From NCBI GenBank assembly GCA_003647095.1, contig QMME01000001.1, forward strand, positions 1 through 47,128: a stretch of DNA of 47,128 bases, given 5' to 3'. Positions 1 through 8,716 of the stretch are shown one piece after another. The notes below the pieces were generated by a model that worked only from the letters and a program-made list of their open reading frames with translations, did no database searches and had not been told where the DNA came from. Each line of letters starts with the position of its first letter. Position 1 is the first letter of the stretch. Made by a program: the position numbers and the translations under genes. This stretch comes from Deltaproteobacteria bacterium. Lineage in GTDB: Bacteria; Myxococcota; B64-G9.

Positions 1-1105
1 AGTCGATGTTGAGCAGCAGGTAGTTGTGCTTGTAGAAATGCTCCGCCCAGCCGGCTATTACCCGGTCGCTGGCCTCGCCGCCCCACTCCCAGTGATCGTA
101 GCGGCCGATGACGCTGGAGAGGATCCCGGGCAGCTTGATCTCCACGAAACCCGACCAGCCGAAGGACTCGAGCGCCTGGCCCCGGTCGTCCACCTGGTCT
201 CCCTTCTGGTTGCCCCGGCCCAGGGCCAGCTGGGCGGTGGCCACGAAGTACTCGTGCTCGAAAGACACCATGAAGGCGTTGAGCAACCAGTCGGGTTCGC
301 CGGGCCGGCAAACGCCCTGCTCGTCGCAAATGCGGGCCGGGGAGTTGCCCCGGCCGTAGATGAAAAAGTGGGAAAGCTGCAGGTTGGGCAACCAGGGACC
401 GAGAGGACGCAGGGAAAGCCGCGACTCGAACACCTTGTTCTGGTTGTGTTCGGCAGCGTGGTAGCCGCCGCCGTTGTAAAGACCGAAGGAGACGCTGCCC
501 CAGCGGCCGGGATACTTGCCGCTTACCCGCTGCCGGTAGTCGGCGGGGAGCTTCCGGCCCAGCAAGGCGGTGACGGTGGCACCCAGGTCGGCGGAGTTGA
601 GCACCCGGTTGCGCTCGATGAACATGGTACCCTGGGCGCGGTAGTTGTTGATGTGTTCCTCGTAGTCGAACCAGGGCCCGTGCACCAGTCCGAACTCTAC
701 CGCCGGCTCGGTGATCCAGGCCGTTTCCACCGGCAGCACGAACTTGCCGTAGAGGTACTTGAGGCGGACGTTGAAGTCGCCGCCGTCGTCCTGGTGGGCA
801 TCCAAGGTGATGCGCGGGACGAACCATTCCACCGGCTTGAACTTCAACGTCAGGTAGCCGCGCCCGACGTAGCCCCGGCTGAAGTTTTCACCGTCCTGTT
901 TCCCCCAGCCGTAGCCCAGGTACCACAGGGCGGACGGTTCGATGTACCGCCACAGTCGCGCCCACTTCCCGGACGCGCTCAGGTTACGCTCCTTCTTCTC
1001 TTCCCCGGCCCGAACCGTGGGAGATACCACCAGGCTCAGCCAGGCCAGCAGTGCCAACAGCCGTTGGTACCATCTTCCGCTCGCCTCTCCCGCCACCGTC
1101 GTCAT
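1..1105 (-). CDS. Secreted beta-barrel/porin-like outer-membrane protein (C-terminus lies beyond the left edge)
   Basis: Not in the ORF track because there is no stop in the window. Manual reverse-strand translation from the ATG at 1105-1103 gives MTTVAGEASGRWYQRLLALLAWLSLVVSPTVRA (signal peptide). This is followed by Gly/aromatic-rich alternating segments (GYGWGKQDGENFSRGYVGRGYLTLKFKP..YNGGGYHAAEHNQNKVFESRLSLRP). AGGAGGGAGG lies directly upstream. The listed 26..1243 + ORF is its antisense shadow. Confidence 0.5.
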   Translation of the reverse strand, partial: MTTVAGEASGRWYQRLLALLAWLSLVVSPTVRAGEEKKERNLSASGKWARLWRYIEPSALWYLGYGWGKQDGENFSRGYVGRGYLTLKFKPVEWFVPRITLDAHQDDGGDFNVRLKYLYGKFVLPVETAWITEPAVEFGLVHGPWFDYEEHINNYRAQGTMFIERNRVLNSADLGATVTALLGRKLPADYRQRVSGKYPGRWGSVSFGLYNGGGYHAAEHNQNKVFESRLSLRPLGPWLPNLQLSHFFIYGRGNSPARICDEQGVCRPGEPDWLLNAFMVSFEHEYFVATAQLALGRGNQKGDQVDDRGQALESFGWSGFVEIKLPGILSSVIGRYDHWEWGGEASDRVIAGWAEHFYKHNYLLLNID

Positions 1106-1418
1106 CCTCCCTCCTTGCCGCGGGCCTTCCCGCGTCGCGTCCGAATCGAACCCAGCCTCGGCCGCCATGAGCTGCTTGCTCGATATCGTTGCTCCAGCAT
1201 TCCGGGCAGGGTAATCCAGGAAAGGGCATCCAGACAACTCTGAACGACAGGCCCCGGATTTCCCACCTCGGCCGCAACCTCCGCGTCGCTGCTACGAAAA
1301 TGATCCTCGACGTAGTTGCACTACGACTGCGGCCATTTTCTTGCATCTCCTCGATCTTGCTGGCCGATCTGGGAAATCCGCAAGTCCAGGAGGGGAGATT
1401 CTGGACAGCGCCGCGGCA

Positions 1419-1445
1419 TTGCATTCCCCGCAATTGCGTTATAAT
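1419..1445 (+). promoter_or_regulatory. Candidate sigma70-type promoter for hepT-mntA
   Basis: TTGCAT (1419-1424), 15 nt spacer, TATAAT (1440-1445), 23 nt upstream of the ATG at 1469. The spacer carries the palindrome GCAATTGC (1430-1437). The short spacer makes this tentative. Confidence 0.3.
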
Positions 1446-1468
1446 GAGAAACCAGGCAGGGAGACGGC

Positions 1469-1888
1469 ATGATGGACAACAGAACCCCAATCCGCTGGCG
1501 GCTGCGGCTGGAGAACTTCCGCAGGGCCGTCGAGCGACTGGAATCCGCCTGCCGGCTGGACGAATACAGCGAACTGGAACGAGCCGGGCTGGTACAAACC
1601 TTCGAGTTTTCCTTCGAACTGGGCTGGAAGACGCTCAAGGATCTGCTGGACCACGAGGGTTACGACGACAAGACGCCGCGGGAGGTGATTCGCCGTGCTT
1701 TCCAGGCTGGCTATCTGGACGAGACGGACACCACCACCTGGCTGGATGGACTGGACAAGCGCAACTTGCTCAGTCACATTTACCACGAGGGGATCGCTCG
1801 TGAGGCCGAGCGCCTGATCAAAGAACGCTACCACCCGTTGCTGCGCCGCCTGCTCGACCATCTCGAGGAGAAGGCCGCCAAGCCATGA
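1469..1888 (+). CDS. hepT: HEPN-domain toxin HepT (HI0074-type nucleotidyltransferase substrate-binding protein)
   Basis: 139 aa. RWRLRLENFRRAVERLE..FEFSFELGWKTLKD is typical of the HI0074 family. The Rx4H HEPN motif is present in KRNLLSHIYHE. There is a 4-bp ATGA overlap with the downstream MNT gene. Confidence 0.85.
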   Translation: MMDNRTPIRWRLRLENFRRAVERLESACRLDEYSELERAGLVQTFEFSFELGWKTLKDLLDHEGYDDKTPREVIRRAFQAGYLDETDTTTWLDGLDKRNLLSHIYHEGIAREAERLIKERYHPLLRRLLDHLEEKAAKP

Positions 1889-2220
1889 GCGACGGTCTTC
1901 GGCAAGTGCAGCGCCAACTCATCATCGACACCCTGGCCACCTGCCCTCGGGTCGAAAAGGTCGTGCTCTTCGGCTCGCGGGCCCTGGGCAACCACAAGAC
2001 CGGGTCGGATATCGATATTGCCTTGTTCGGCAGCAAGCTGGACCTCGACGACCTGTCCCAGCTGAGCGCTGCCCTGGAACGGCTACCCATTGCCCAGGTG
2101 GTAGACCTGCTGCTGTACCACCACATCGAGAATCGGCGATTACTCGAACACATCAAACGGGAAGGAGTGGTATGGTACTCCAGGTCCCCGCAGGTGCCGA
2201 ACCAGGAAAAAAGGTCATGA
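1885..2220 (+). CDS. mntA: Minimal nucleotidyltransferase antitoxin MntA
   Basis: 111 aa. Pol-beta-type NTase motif LFGSRALGNHKTGSDIDIALF (GS...DxD). Overlaps hepT by ATGA, which is type VII TA architecture. Confidence 0.85.
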   Translation: MSDGLRQVQRQLIIDTLATCPRVEKVVLFGSRALGNHKTGSDIDIALFGSKLDLDDLSQLSAALERLPIAQVVDLLLYHHIENRRLLEHIKREGVVWYSRSPQVPNQEKRS

Positions 2221-3149
2221 GTACCCGGGTGTTCCGCTTTCCGCAGCTTCCGTTGGTGCTGTTGCCGCTGCTGGCTGCGTGTGCGGGTGCTCCCGGCAGC
2301 TCCGACGGCGGTGACGGTGACGCCGGGCCGGACGAACGACTCACTCCCTACCAGTGCCTGGTCAGCACCGACTGCCCGAGGCGCCTGGTAGCTGCCCACC
2401 GCGGGGATCACCACCAGTACCCGGAAAACTCCCTGGCCGCCATCCGCGCGGCCGCGGAGCTCGGCGCCGACTTCGTCGAGGTGGACGTGCGCCACACGGC
2501 CGATGACCGGCTGGTGCTCATGCACGACGACAGCGTGGACCGCACCACCGATGGCAGCGGCGCCGTTGTGGAGCTCACCCTGCAGCAGCTGCAGCAGCTG
2601 CAGTTGGAGGGGGGCACGCCCGGGGACCCGGAAAGCTCCCAGGTACCCACCTTCCCCGCCGCCCTGGAGCTGGCCCGGCAACTGGGCATCATGCTCTACG
2701 TCGACCAGAAGACGGAGCGCTGGGAGCTGGTGCTGGCCGCCATCCAGGCCGGCGGCTACCACCACACCGCCCTGGTGCGCGATCCCATCGATACCGTGGC
2801 GGCCATGGCGGAGCGGGACGGGGAGCTGCTGGTCATGCCTCCCTGCGACGACCTGTCGCAACTGGGGCAGTTCCAGCAGCGCCTGCCCCGACTGCTCATC
2901 GTGGAACTTGCCGGTACCCCCGCCAGCGACACCGTGGCCGCCTTTCACCAGGCCGGGGTCAAGGTACAGATGGACGCCATGGCCCTGGGAGACAGCAAGG
3001 CGCTGGTGGGTGATTACACCGGTTGGCGAGACTTCGTGCAGGCGGGCGTGGACCTCATCCAGACCGATTTTGCCCACCTGTTCGTCCCCGCCCTGCGGCA
3101 GTGGGAGGAGACCGGGGTATTCCCCGCGGAGGGTCCTCCGGCCCTGTGA
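2217..3149 (+). CDS. Glycerophosphodiester phosphodiesterase-family lipoprotein
   Basis: Start chosen at MSTRVFRFPQLPLVLLPLLAAC (lipobox LLAAC). GDPD motifs AHRGD..PENSLAAIRAAAELGADFVEVDV..LVLMHDDSVDRTT. The ATG at 2217 overlaps the mntA stop (ATGA). Confidence 0.8.
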   Translation: MSTRVFRFPQLPLVLLPLLAACAGAPGSSDGGDGDAGPDERLTPYQCLVSTDCPRRLVAAHRGDHHQYPENSLAAIRAAAELGADFVEVDVRHTADDRLVLMHDDSVDRTTDGSGAVVELTLQQLQQLQLEGGTPGDPESSQVPTFPAALELARQLGIMLYVDQKTERWELVLAAIQAGGYHHTALVRDPIDTVAAMAERDGELLVMPPCDDLSQLGQFQQRLPRLLIVELAGTPASDTVAAFHQAGVKVQMDAMALGDSKALVGDYTGWRDFVQAGVDLIQTDFAHLFVPALRQWEETGVFPAEGPPAL

Positions 3150-3159
3150 AGCCCTACAA

Positions 3160-3173
3160 GCGGGGACAGGCCC
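3160..3173 (+). repeat. Solo copy of the dispersed GGGGACAGGCCC repeat arm
   Basis: GCGGGGACAGGCCC lies 11 nt after the GDPD stop. It is the reverse complement of the GGGCCTGTCCCCGC arm seen at 25121, 25241, 28862 and 31727. Confidence 0.6.
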
Positions 3174-3261
3174 AGATAATTTCCTTGCCGAACAGTATGT
3201 TACACGAGCAGAATGGAAGATAGGCGAAGATCCGGAGGGCGCATGATGCGTAATATTTTAC

Positions 3262-3288
3262 TTGCCATATATATTTATGGCGTATAAT
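3262..3288 (+). promoter_or_regulatory. Candidate promoter in an AT-rich block; would give a near-leaderless AAA ATPase mRNA
   Basis: TTGCCA (3262-3267), 15 nt spacer, TATAAT (3283-3288). The ATG at 3299 is only 10 nt after the -10 box and has no Shine-Dalgarno. The 3240-3300 stretch is strikingly AT-rich for this window. Confidence 0.35.
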
Positions 3289-3298
3289 ATACATCGTA

Positions 3299-4522
3299 AT
3301 GAAATTTAATCGCCATATTTCCTCCGATCTGAGATCTCCCGATTCCCAGGAAAAGGCCAGGTTGGTGCTGGGGGCACGCCAGACCGGCAAGTCCACCCTC
3401 TTTGAGTTGATCAGCGAAAAGGGTGATATCCTTTTCGACCTGCAGGAACGTTCCGAGCGACTGCGCCTGGCGCGGGACCCTGCGGCCTTCACGCGCTCGT
3501 TACTACCGGCAGGCAAAAGCCAGCAGCACGTGCTGGTGGACGAGATCCAACGGGTACCCCAATTGCTGGACGAGATGCAGATGTTGCTGGATCGCTACCC
3601 TGGCAGTTTTACCTTCACCATCACCGGCAGTTCCGCCCGTCGCCTGCGCCGCCGGGATGTCAACCTGCTGCCCGGCCGGATCCATCGTTTCTCCCTGGGA
3701 CCAGTATGCCTGTGGGAACAGGAGGCGACTGGCAAGTCACTGTTGCTGCCGTCACCCCCGCGTTCCGAAGCAATCGCCCCTTTTCCCTCCCGTTCCCTGC
3801 AATCGCTCCTGTTGCTGGGTTCACTGCCGGCGGCGTTCGTCGAGTCCACCGGGAAATACACGCGGACACTTTCGACCTACGCCGAGACCTACATCGAGGA
3901 AGAAGTGCTACGCGAAGCCGCGGCCCGGAACATCGGCGACTACGGCCGCTTCCTGGAGCTGGCGGCCCTGGAATCAGGAAAACCCCTGAACTACACCAAG
4001 CTGTCCCAGGAATCGGGAATCGCTCTCAACACCATCAGGGGATTCTACTCCGTACTGGAAGATACCCTGGTGGGATTTACAATAAGGCCATACAGCGGCT
4101 CCGGTCGGGCTCGCATATTGAAGACTCCGCGCTTCTACATTTTCGATGTCGGTGTTCGCAACGCACTGGCCCGCCTGCCGCTCGACACGGGACTGCTGCG
4201 CCTCCAGGCGGGCCACCTGCTGGAGCACTGGGTGGCCTGCGAACTGCAAGTCAGGATCGGTTACCTGGGACGTAACTGGCGTTTGAGCTACTGGCGTACA
4301 GTAGACGGCGCTGAGGTCGACTTCGTGTTGGAGACGCCGCGGGAAGCCATTCCCCTCAAGGTCAAGTACACCGAAACCCCCCGGCCCACCCATGCCCGGT
4401 CAGTGGAGCACTTCCTGGATCGCTACCCCGATCATGCCCGGCGTGGCTTCGTACTATGCCGCACCAGACGGCCGGAGCAACTCACCCGGCGGGTGCGCGC
4501 CCTGCCCTGGAACCGGCTCTGA
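3299..4522 (+). CDS. AAA+ ATPase with DUF4143-type C-terminal domain (COG1373-like)
   Basis: 407 aa. Walker A LGARQTGKSTL and Walker B HVLVDEIQ. The C-terminal part (RFYIFDVGVRN..HLLEHWV..YWRT..GAEVDFVLE) matches the DUF4143/restriction-endonuclease-like fold family. Confidence 0.8.
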   Translation: MKFNRHISSDLRSPDSQEKARLVLGARQTGKSTLFELISEKGDILFDLQERSERLRLARDPAAFTRSLLPAGKSQQHVLVDEIQRVPQLLDEMQMLLDRYPGSFTFTITGSSARRLRRRDVNLLPGRIHRFSLGPVCLWEQEATGKSLLLPSPPRSEAIAPFPSRSLQSLLLLGSLPAAFVESTGKYTRTLSTYAETYIEEEVLREAAARNIGDYGRFLELAALESGKPLNYTKLSQESGIALNTIRGFYSVLEDTLVGFTIRPYSGSGRARILKTPRFYIFDVGVRNALARLPLDTGLLRLQAGHLLEHWVACELQVRIGYLGRNWRLSYWRTVDGAEVDFVLETPREAIPLKVKYTETPRPTHARSVEHFLDRYPDHARRGFVLCRTRRPEQLTRRVRALPWNRL

Positions 4523-4623
4523 CACCTGCCTGGAGCTTTCCCCGGCAATTGCACCCGCCGTAGAATGTGCTAGGCTTCCAGGCCGGCGGGGTCGCCGGCC
4601 GATCCCGGGGAAGTGAGGTAATC

Positions 4624-5352
4624 ATGTTCAGAAGCACAGGTGCGGCGTTCTCGGTGTTGTTGCTGGCGGGAACCCTCGCCGGCGCCGGCGAGTTGCACTA
4701 CCTGGAGCAGGAACTGGTGGTGGAGGCCCAGCAGGGCCGGCCCGAAAACCGCGGCTTGCAGAAAGTCTGGTGGGACGAACAACGCATTCGCAGCGAGAGC
4801 ACCTACGACGGCCGCACCAGCGTGGCCATCATCGACGACCGGGCCGGCAAGGTCACCCTGCTGTTTCCCGGCGAAAAGACCTGGCTGGGCATCGAACTGG
4901 AGCACTATCGCCAGGTACTGGCCAGGCGCCTCACGGCGGCGGGCCTGAACGATCCCCAGGCGGAGATCAAGCTGGAGCACACCGGTCGTCAGCGCCGCAT
5001 CGGCGACTGGGACTGTCACCTGGACGTCATCACCATGACCGGCAAATGGCCGGTGCGGGCCGAGTTGTGGGTAGCCGACCAGGCCCAGCTGGAACCGGCC
5101 GGCTACCTGCAGCTGCTGCAGCGGCTGGGGTTGGAGCGAGTCTTCGGGCGCCTGGCCGAACAGGTCGAGGCCCTGGGAGGACTGGTTATCGAGTCCCGCA
5201 CCGAGCAGGAGATTCACGGCCAGAAGATCGTCACCCGGCAGCGCATCGTGAAAATCTCCAGCCGGCCGGACCGGGGGAAGACGTTTGCCGTACCCGCCGG
5301 CTGGCAGCAGTTGCAGGACGAAAAGTTCGAACCCGAGAAAGGAGGCGATTGA
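4624..5352 (+). CDS. Secreted hypothetical protein
   Basis: Start moved to MFRSTGAAFSVLLLAGTLAGA (signal peptide) behind GTGAGG. The stop overlaps the next start (TGATG). Family not recognised. Confidence 0.55.
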   Translation: MFRSTGAAFSVLLLAGTLAGAGELHYLEQELVVEAQQGRPENRGLQKVWWDEQRIRSESTYDGRTSVAIIDDRAGKVTLLFPGEKTWLGIELEHYRQVLARRLTAAGLNDPQAEIKLEHTGRQRRIGDWDCHLDVITMTGKWPVRAELWVADQAQLEPAGYLQLLQRLGLERVFGRLAEQVEALGGLVIESRTEQEIHGQKIVTRQRIVKISSRPDRGKTFAVPAGWQQLQDEKFEPEKGGD

Positions 5353-6134
5353 TGGAATACTCCAACATCCTGGTCGAAAAAACCGCGTCCCTGGCCACCG
5401 TCACCGTCAACCGGCCCCAGGTGCTCAACGCGCTCAACCGCCAGACCATCGAGGAGCTGGAATGCGCCTTCTACGAGCTGCGCGCCGACGAGGCCGTACG
5501 CGCGGTGATCCTCACCGGCGCGGGTCCCAAAGCCTTCGTCGCCGGCGCTGACATCAAGGAGCTGTCCCAGCTCGATGCCAGCCAGGGGGTGGAGTTCGCC
5601 AGGCGGGGACAGGCGGTGCTGGAACTGATCGAAAACCTCGGCAAACCGGTCATCGCCGCCATCAACGGCTACGCCCTGGGCGGAGGGTTGGAACTGGCCA
5701 TGGCCTGCCACCTGCGCCTGGCAGCGGAGGGGATCAAGGTGGGCCAGCCGGAGATCAACCTGGGGGTGATTCCCGGCTTCGGCGGCACCCAGCGCCTGGC
5801 GCGGCTGGTGGGCGAGGGCCGGGCCCTGGAGCTGGTGCTGGGGGGTGACCAGATCGATGCCGCCGAGGCCCACCGCCTGGGACTGGTCAACCAGGTGGTG
5901 GCAGCCGACAAGCTGATGGAGCAAGCCCGGGCCCTGGGAGAGAAGCTGGCCGGCAAGCCCGCGCTGGCGGTGCGCTACGCGCTCGAGGCGGTACACCATG
6001 GCCTGCAGTCTTCCCTGGCCGAGGGCCTGAACCTGGAGGCCAAGCTCTTCGGACTGTGCTGTGCCACCGCCGACAAGGCCGAGGGCACTGGCGCCTTCCT
6101 GGAGAAACGCCGGCCGCGGTTCAGCGGACGCTAG
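5352..6134 (+). CDS. Enoyl-CoA hydratase/isomerase (crotonase) family protein
   Basis: The in-frame internal start MEYSNILVEK.. follows GGAGG. Motifs VILTGAGPKAFVAGADIKE and AAINGYALGGGLELAMACH. The longer 4770..6134 ORF is a GC-driven upstream extension. Confidence 0.9.
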   Translation: MEYSNILVEKTASLATVTVNRPQVLNALNRQTIEELECAFYELRADEAVRAVILTGAGPKAFVAGADIKELSQLDASQGVEFARRGQAVLELIENLGKPVIAAINGYALGGGLELAMACHLRLAAEGIKVGQPEINLGVIPGFGGTQRLARLVGEGRALELVLGGDQIDAAEAHRLGLVNQVVAADKLMEQARALGEKLAGKPALAVRYALEAVHHGLQSSLAEGLNLEAKLFGLCCATADKAEGTGAFLEKRRPRFSGR

Positions 6135-6171
6135 GCAGAGATGAAAACAGGCGGGACCGGGACAGGTAGCG

Positions 6172-7149
6172 CTAGCGGGCCGGCGGCAACAAGGTATTGA
6201 GCCGGGCGATCGCCTGCTGGCATTCCTCGACCACTTCCGTGATGATCTGACGCATGGGTTGCAGGCGCTTGATCTGTCCCACTCCCTGGCCGCAGGCCAG
6301 CAGGCCGCCGTCGGAAGCCGAGGCGAACTTCTCCTTGGTGATCATGCCCGAGATGAGCGGCAGCAACTCCTCCAACCCGGCGCCCTTCTCTTCCAGCTCG
6401 GCCACCTTCCGCGAGGTCTCGTTGTCTATGACCCGGTGGGTGTTGCCGATGGAGCGCAGCACCAGGCGGGTGTCCAGCTCCGAGGCCTGGAGCAGGCGTT
6501 GCTTGACATCGGGGTGCAGCGGCGTCTCCTCGGCCGCCAGCAGGCGCGTGCCCATGATCACTCCCTCGGCGCCCAGGGCCAGCACCGCGGCCATGGCCCG
6601 GCCGTCGGAGACACCCCCACCGCCGATAACGGGAATCTTCACCTCGTCGACCACCCGCGGCACCAGGCACAGGGTGGTGATGTCCAGGGTACCGGTGGCG
6701 CCGCCGTTTTCGTAACCCACCACGGTAACGGCATCGGCGCCGATGCTCTCGGCCTTGCGGGCGTAGCGCACCCCCACGCACTTGTGCACCAGCTTCATGC
6801 CGGCGTCCTTGATGCGGCCGATGACATCTTCCGGCGCCCGGTGCCCGGAGGTCTCAACGATCCGAACCCCCTCGTCGATCATCACGTCCAGGTAGAGGTT
6901 GTTGTCGATCTGGTTGAGCGCCGGGAAGAAATTCAGATTCACCGCGAAAGGCTTGCCGGTGAGCTCCTTGACGCGGCGCAGGGCCCGGCGGAACTCGTCC
7001 ATCTCCTTGTAGTTGGCCGAGGCCAGCACTCCCAGCCCGCCGGCCTCGCTGACCGCGGCGGTGTACTCGGACCGCGCCAAGTGCATCATGGTGCCGCCGA
7101 TGACGGGGTACTCGATTCCGAACAGCTCGGTTATCCTGGTCTTGAACAC
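6172..7149 (-). CDS. Nitronate monooxygenase / FabK-like FMN oxidoreductase (NMO family)
   Basis: 325 aa. MFKTRITELFGIEYPVIGGTM..., IPVIGGGGVSDGRAMAAVLALGAEGVIMGTR, typical of the NMO/2-nitropropane dioxygenase fold. Confidence 0.85.
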   Translation of the reverse strand: MFKTRITELFGIEYPVIGGTMMHLARSEYTAAVSEAGGLGVLASANYKEMDEFRRALRRVKELTGKPFAVNLNFFPALNQIDNNLYLDVMIDEGVRIVETSGHRAPEDVIGRIKDAGMKLVHKCVGVRYARKAESIGADAVTVVGYENGGATGTLDITTLCLVPRVVDEVKIPVIGGGGVSDGRAMAAVLALGAEGVIMGTRLLAAEETPLHPDVKQRLLQASELDTRLVLRSIGNTHRVIDNETSRKVAELEEKGAGLEELLPLISGMITKEKFASASDGGLLACGQGVGQIKRLQPMRQIITEVVEECQQAIARLNTLLPPAR

Positions 7150-7197
7150 TGCACACCTCCTGGTCTGGCGGGCGCCGCCGGCGGCCGTCCCGCGGGA

Positions 7198-8106
7198 TCA
7201 CTTCACCCGGGTAACGGTGAATCCGGACCGGCGCAGGCGCTCGACGATGCCGTCTTTTCCCGGCAGGTGTCCGGCCCCGACGGCGAAAAACCACACCTGG
7301 TCTCCATGTTGCCGCAGGCGCTCGGCGATCCTCTCGGCCAGGCGCCGGTTGCGCTCGAAGAATATCTTATCGAGCAGGCGCTTTTCCAGCGGGTCCGACT
7401 GGTCGTACTCCTCCATCACCTTGCGGCGTATGGCCGCGGCGTCGCCGGAACGGTAGACGGCCACCAGCTCGGCAACCGGATCTTTCCCCTGCTTTTTCTT
7501 CTTCCGGTAATATTCCAGCGCCGAGCGCAGCAGCTGTACCTGTTCGGCTGTCTTCAGCGAGTCGAAGATGTCCACCTGCTCGGCGATCTTCTCCAGGGCA
7601 TCCAACCGCTTGCCCGCCGCCTGCGCCTTCTTGTAAAGCATCTGGTCCAGCGGCGGCTTGCTGGCCATCTCCAGCAGGTGATCCACCAGCACCAGTTGCA
7701 CCGCCACCGCCCAGACCTTGAGGCGGTCGACCACCATGGCCGGGATGCCCTTGCTCTGGAACAACTCGCTGACCTGCCGGTAGAGCCCGTCGGGAAGAAC
7801 ATCCGACAGGCTCTTGCCGCCCGACAGCATGGTACGCATGGCCATGGACATCTGGGCGTTGAGATCGAGGGGAACCTCGCTGACGAACACCTGGCATCCG
7901 TCCAGGGCGGAGGCCACCCGGGCATCGAGCCGTTGCAGGCTCTCATCGGGAACGTGGATGGTGCCGAACAGGTAGGAGGTAGCCCCGCCTTTCCCGGTAA
8001 CGCTCCACAGCAAAGGCGGACCGGCCAGGGCCGATCCCGCTGCGGACAGGCAGACGCCCACCAACAGCAGCCGGGACAAGAAATGCACATTCCTTGCTTG
8101 CATCAC
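7198..8106 (-). CDS. TraB/GumN family protein (secreted)
   Basis: 302 aa. Signal peptide, LWSVTGKGGATSYLFGTIHV motif, and C-terminal FFAVGAGHLPG. Confidence 0.8.
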   Translation of the reverse strand: MMQARNVHFLSRLLLVGVCLSAAGSALAGPPLLWSVTGKGGATSYLFGTIHVPDESLQRLDARVASALDGCQVFVSEVPLDLNAQMSMAMRTMLSGGKSLSDVLPDGLYRQVSELFQSKGIPAMVVDRLKVWAVAVQLVLVDHLLEMASKPPLDQMLYKKAQAAGKRLDALEKIAEQVDIFDSLKTAEQVQLLRSALEYYRKKKKQGKDPVAELVAVYRSGDAAAIRRKVMEEYDQSDPLEKRLLDKIFFERNRRLAERIAERLRQHGDQVWFFAVGAGHLPGKDGIVERLRRSGFTVTRVK

Positions 8107-8133
8107 GCCATCCTTTCGACCTTGCGACCGCCG

Positions 8134-8619
8134 TCAGCGGATAGCCAGCAGACAGGCGGTCAGGGCTACATCGAGTACCACCAGCGACAACCCCAGTACC
8201 AGGTAGAAGCGCCCCCCGACCGCGCCGCCGGGCACCAGGTAGCTGGTGGCCGGCTGCTGCGGATCGTACCAGACACGCACTTGTTGTCCGGGCTGGTAGA
8301 TGGCGCAGATGACCTCCGCCTCGGCTGCGTTACGATAGCATATCTGCCGGGCCGCCAGCCGCTCGCAGGTGTACTCCCGTCCGTCGACGGTATAGGAGAC
8401 CCGTACCAACGGCCAGTGCCCCGGTCGTCCCCGGCGGCGTCCCGCCGGGCAGGGGCCGCTTTTTACTTCCACCGTCTTTACCTCGCCGCTGACCGAGGGC
8501 CAGGCATGGCCCCGGCGAGTCAGGGCGTACTGCACCAGGGTGATGATACCGGCCAGCCCGAAGACACCGGGCACCAGCAGCCTGGCGATGAAATCCTGGG
8601 TTTGTGGTTCCAGCAGCAA
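8134..8619 (-). CDS. DUF3592-like membrane protein
   Basis: 161 aa. N- and C-terminal TM helices flank a beta-rich domain (VRVSYTVDGREYTCE..VRVWYDPQQP). Confidence 0.6.
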   Translation of the reverse strand: MLLEPQTQDFIARLLVPGVFGLAGIITLVQYALTRRGHAWPSVSGEVKTVEVKSGPCPAGRRRGRPGHWPLVRVSYTVDGREYTCERLAARQICYRNAAEAEVICAIYQPGQQVRVWYDPQQPATSYLVPGGAVGGRFYLVLGLSLVVLDVALTACLLAIR

Positions 8620-8716
8620 GTCGGGACCTCCCCTCGGCTCCCCGGCATAATAATCAGGGGCCGGCAGGGGAGCAAGATATGTTTGCCAGGCAGATCTTTT
8701 CGGCTAAACTCTCCCC

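Noticed and set aside
1135-1165. A tRNA-like T-arm string (GGGTTCGATTCGG on the minus strand) in the 360-bp intergenic region
   Set aside because: The flanking bases cannot form a T-stem or an acceptor stem, and no cloverleaf can be drawn.
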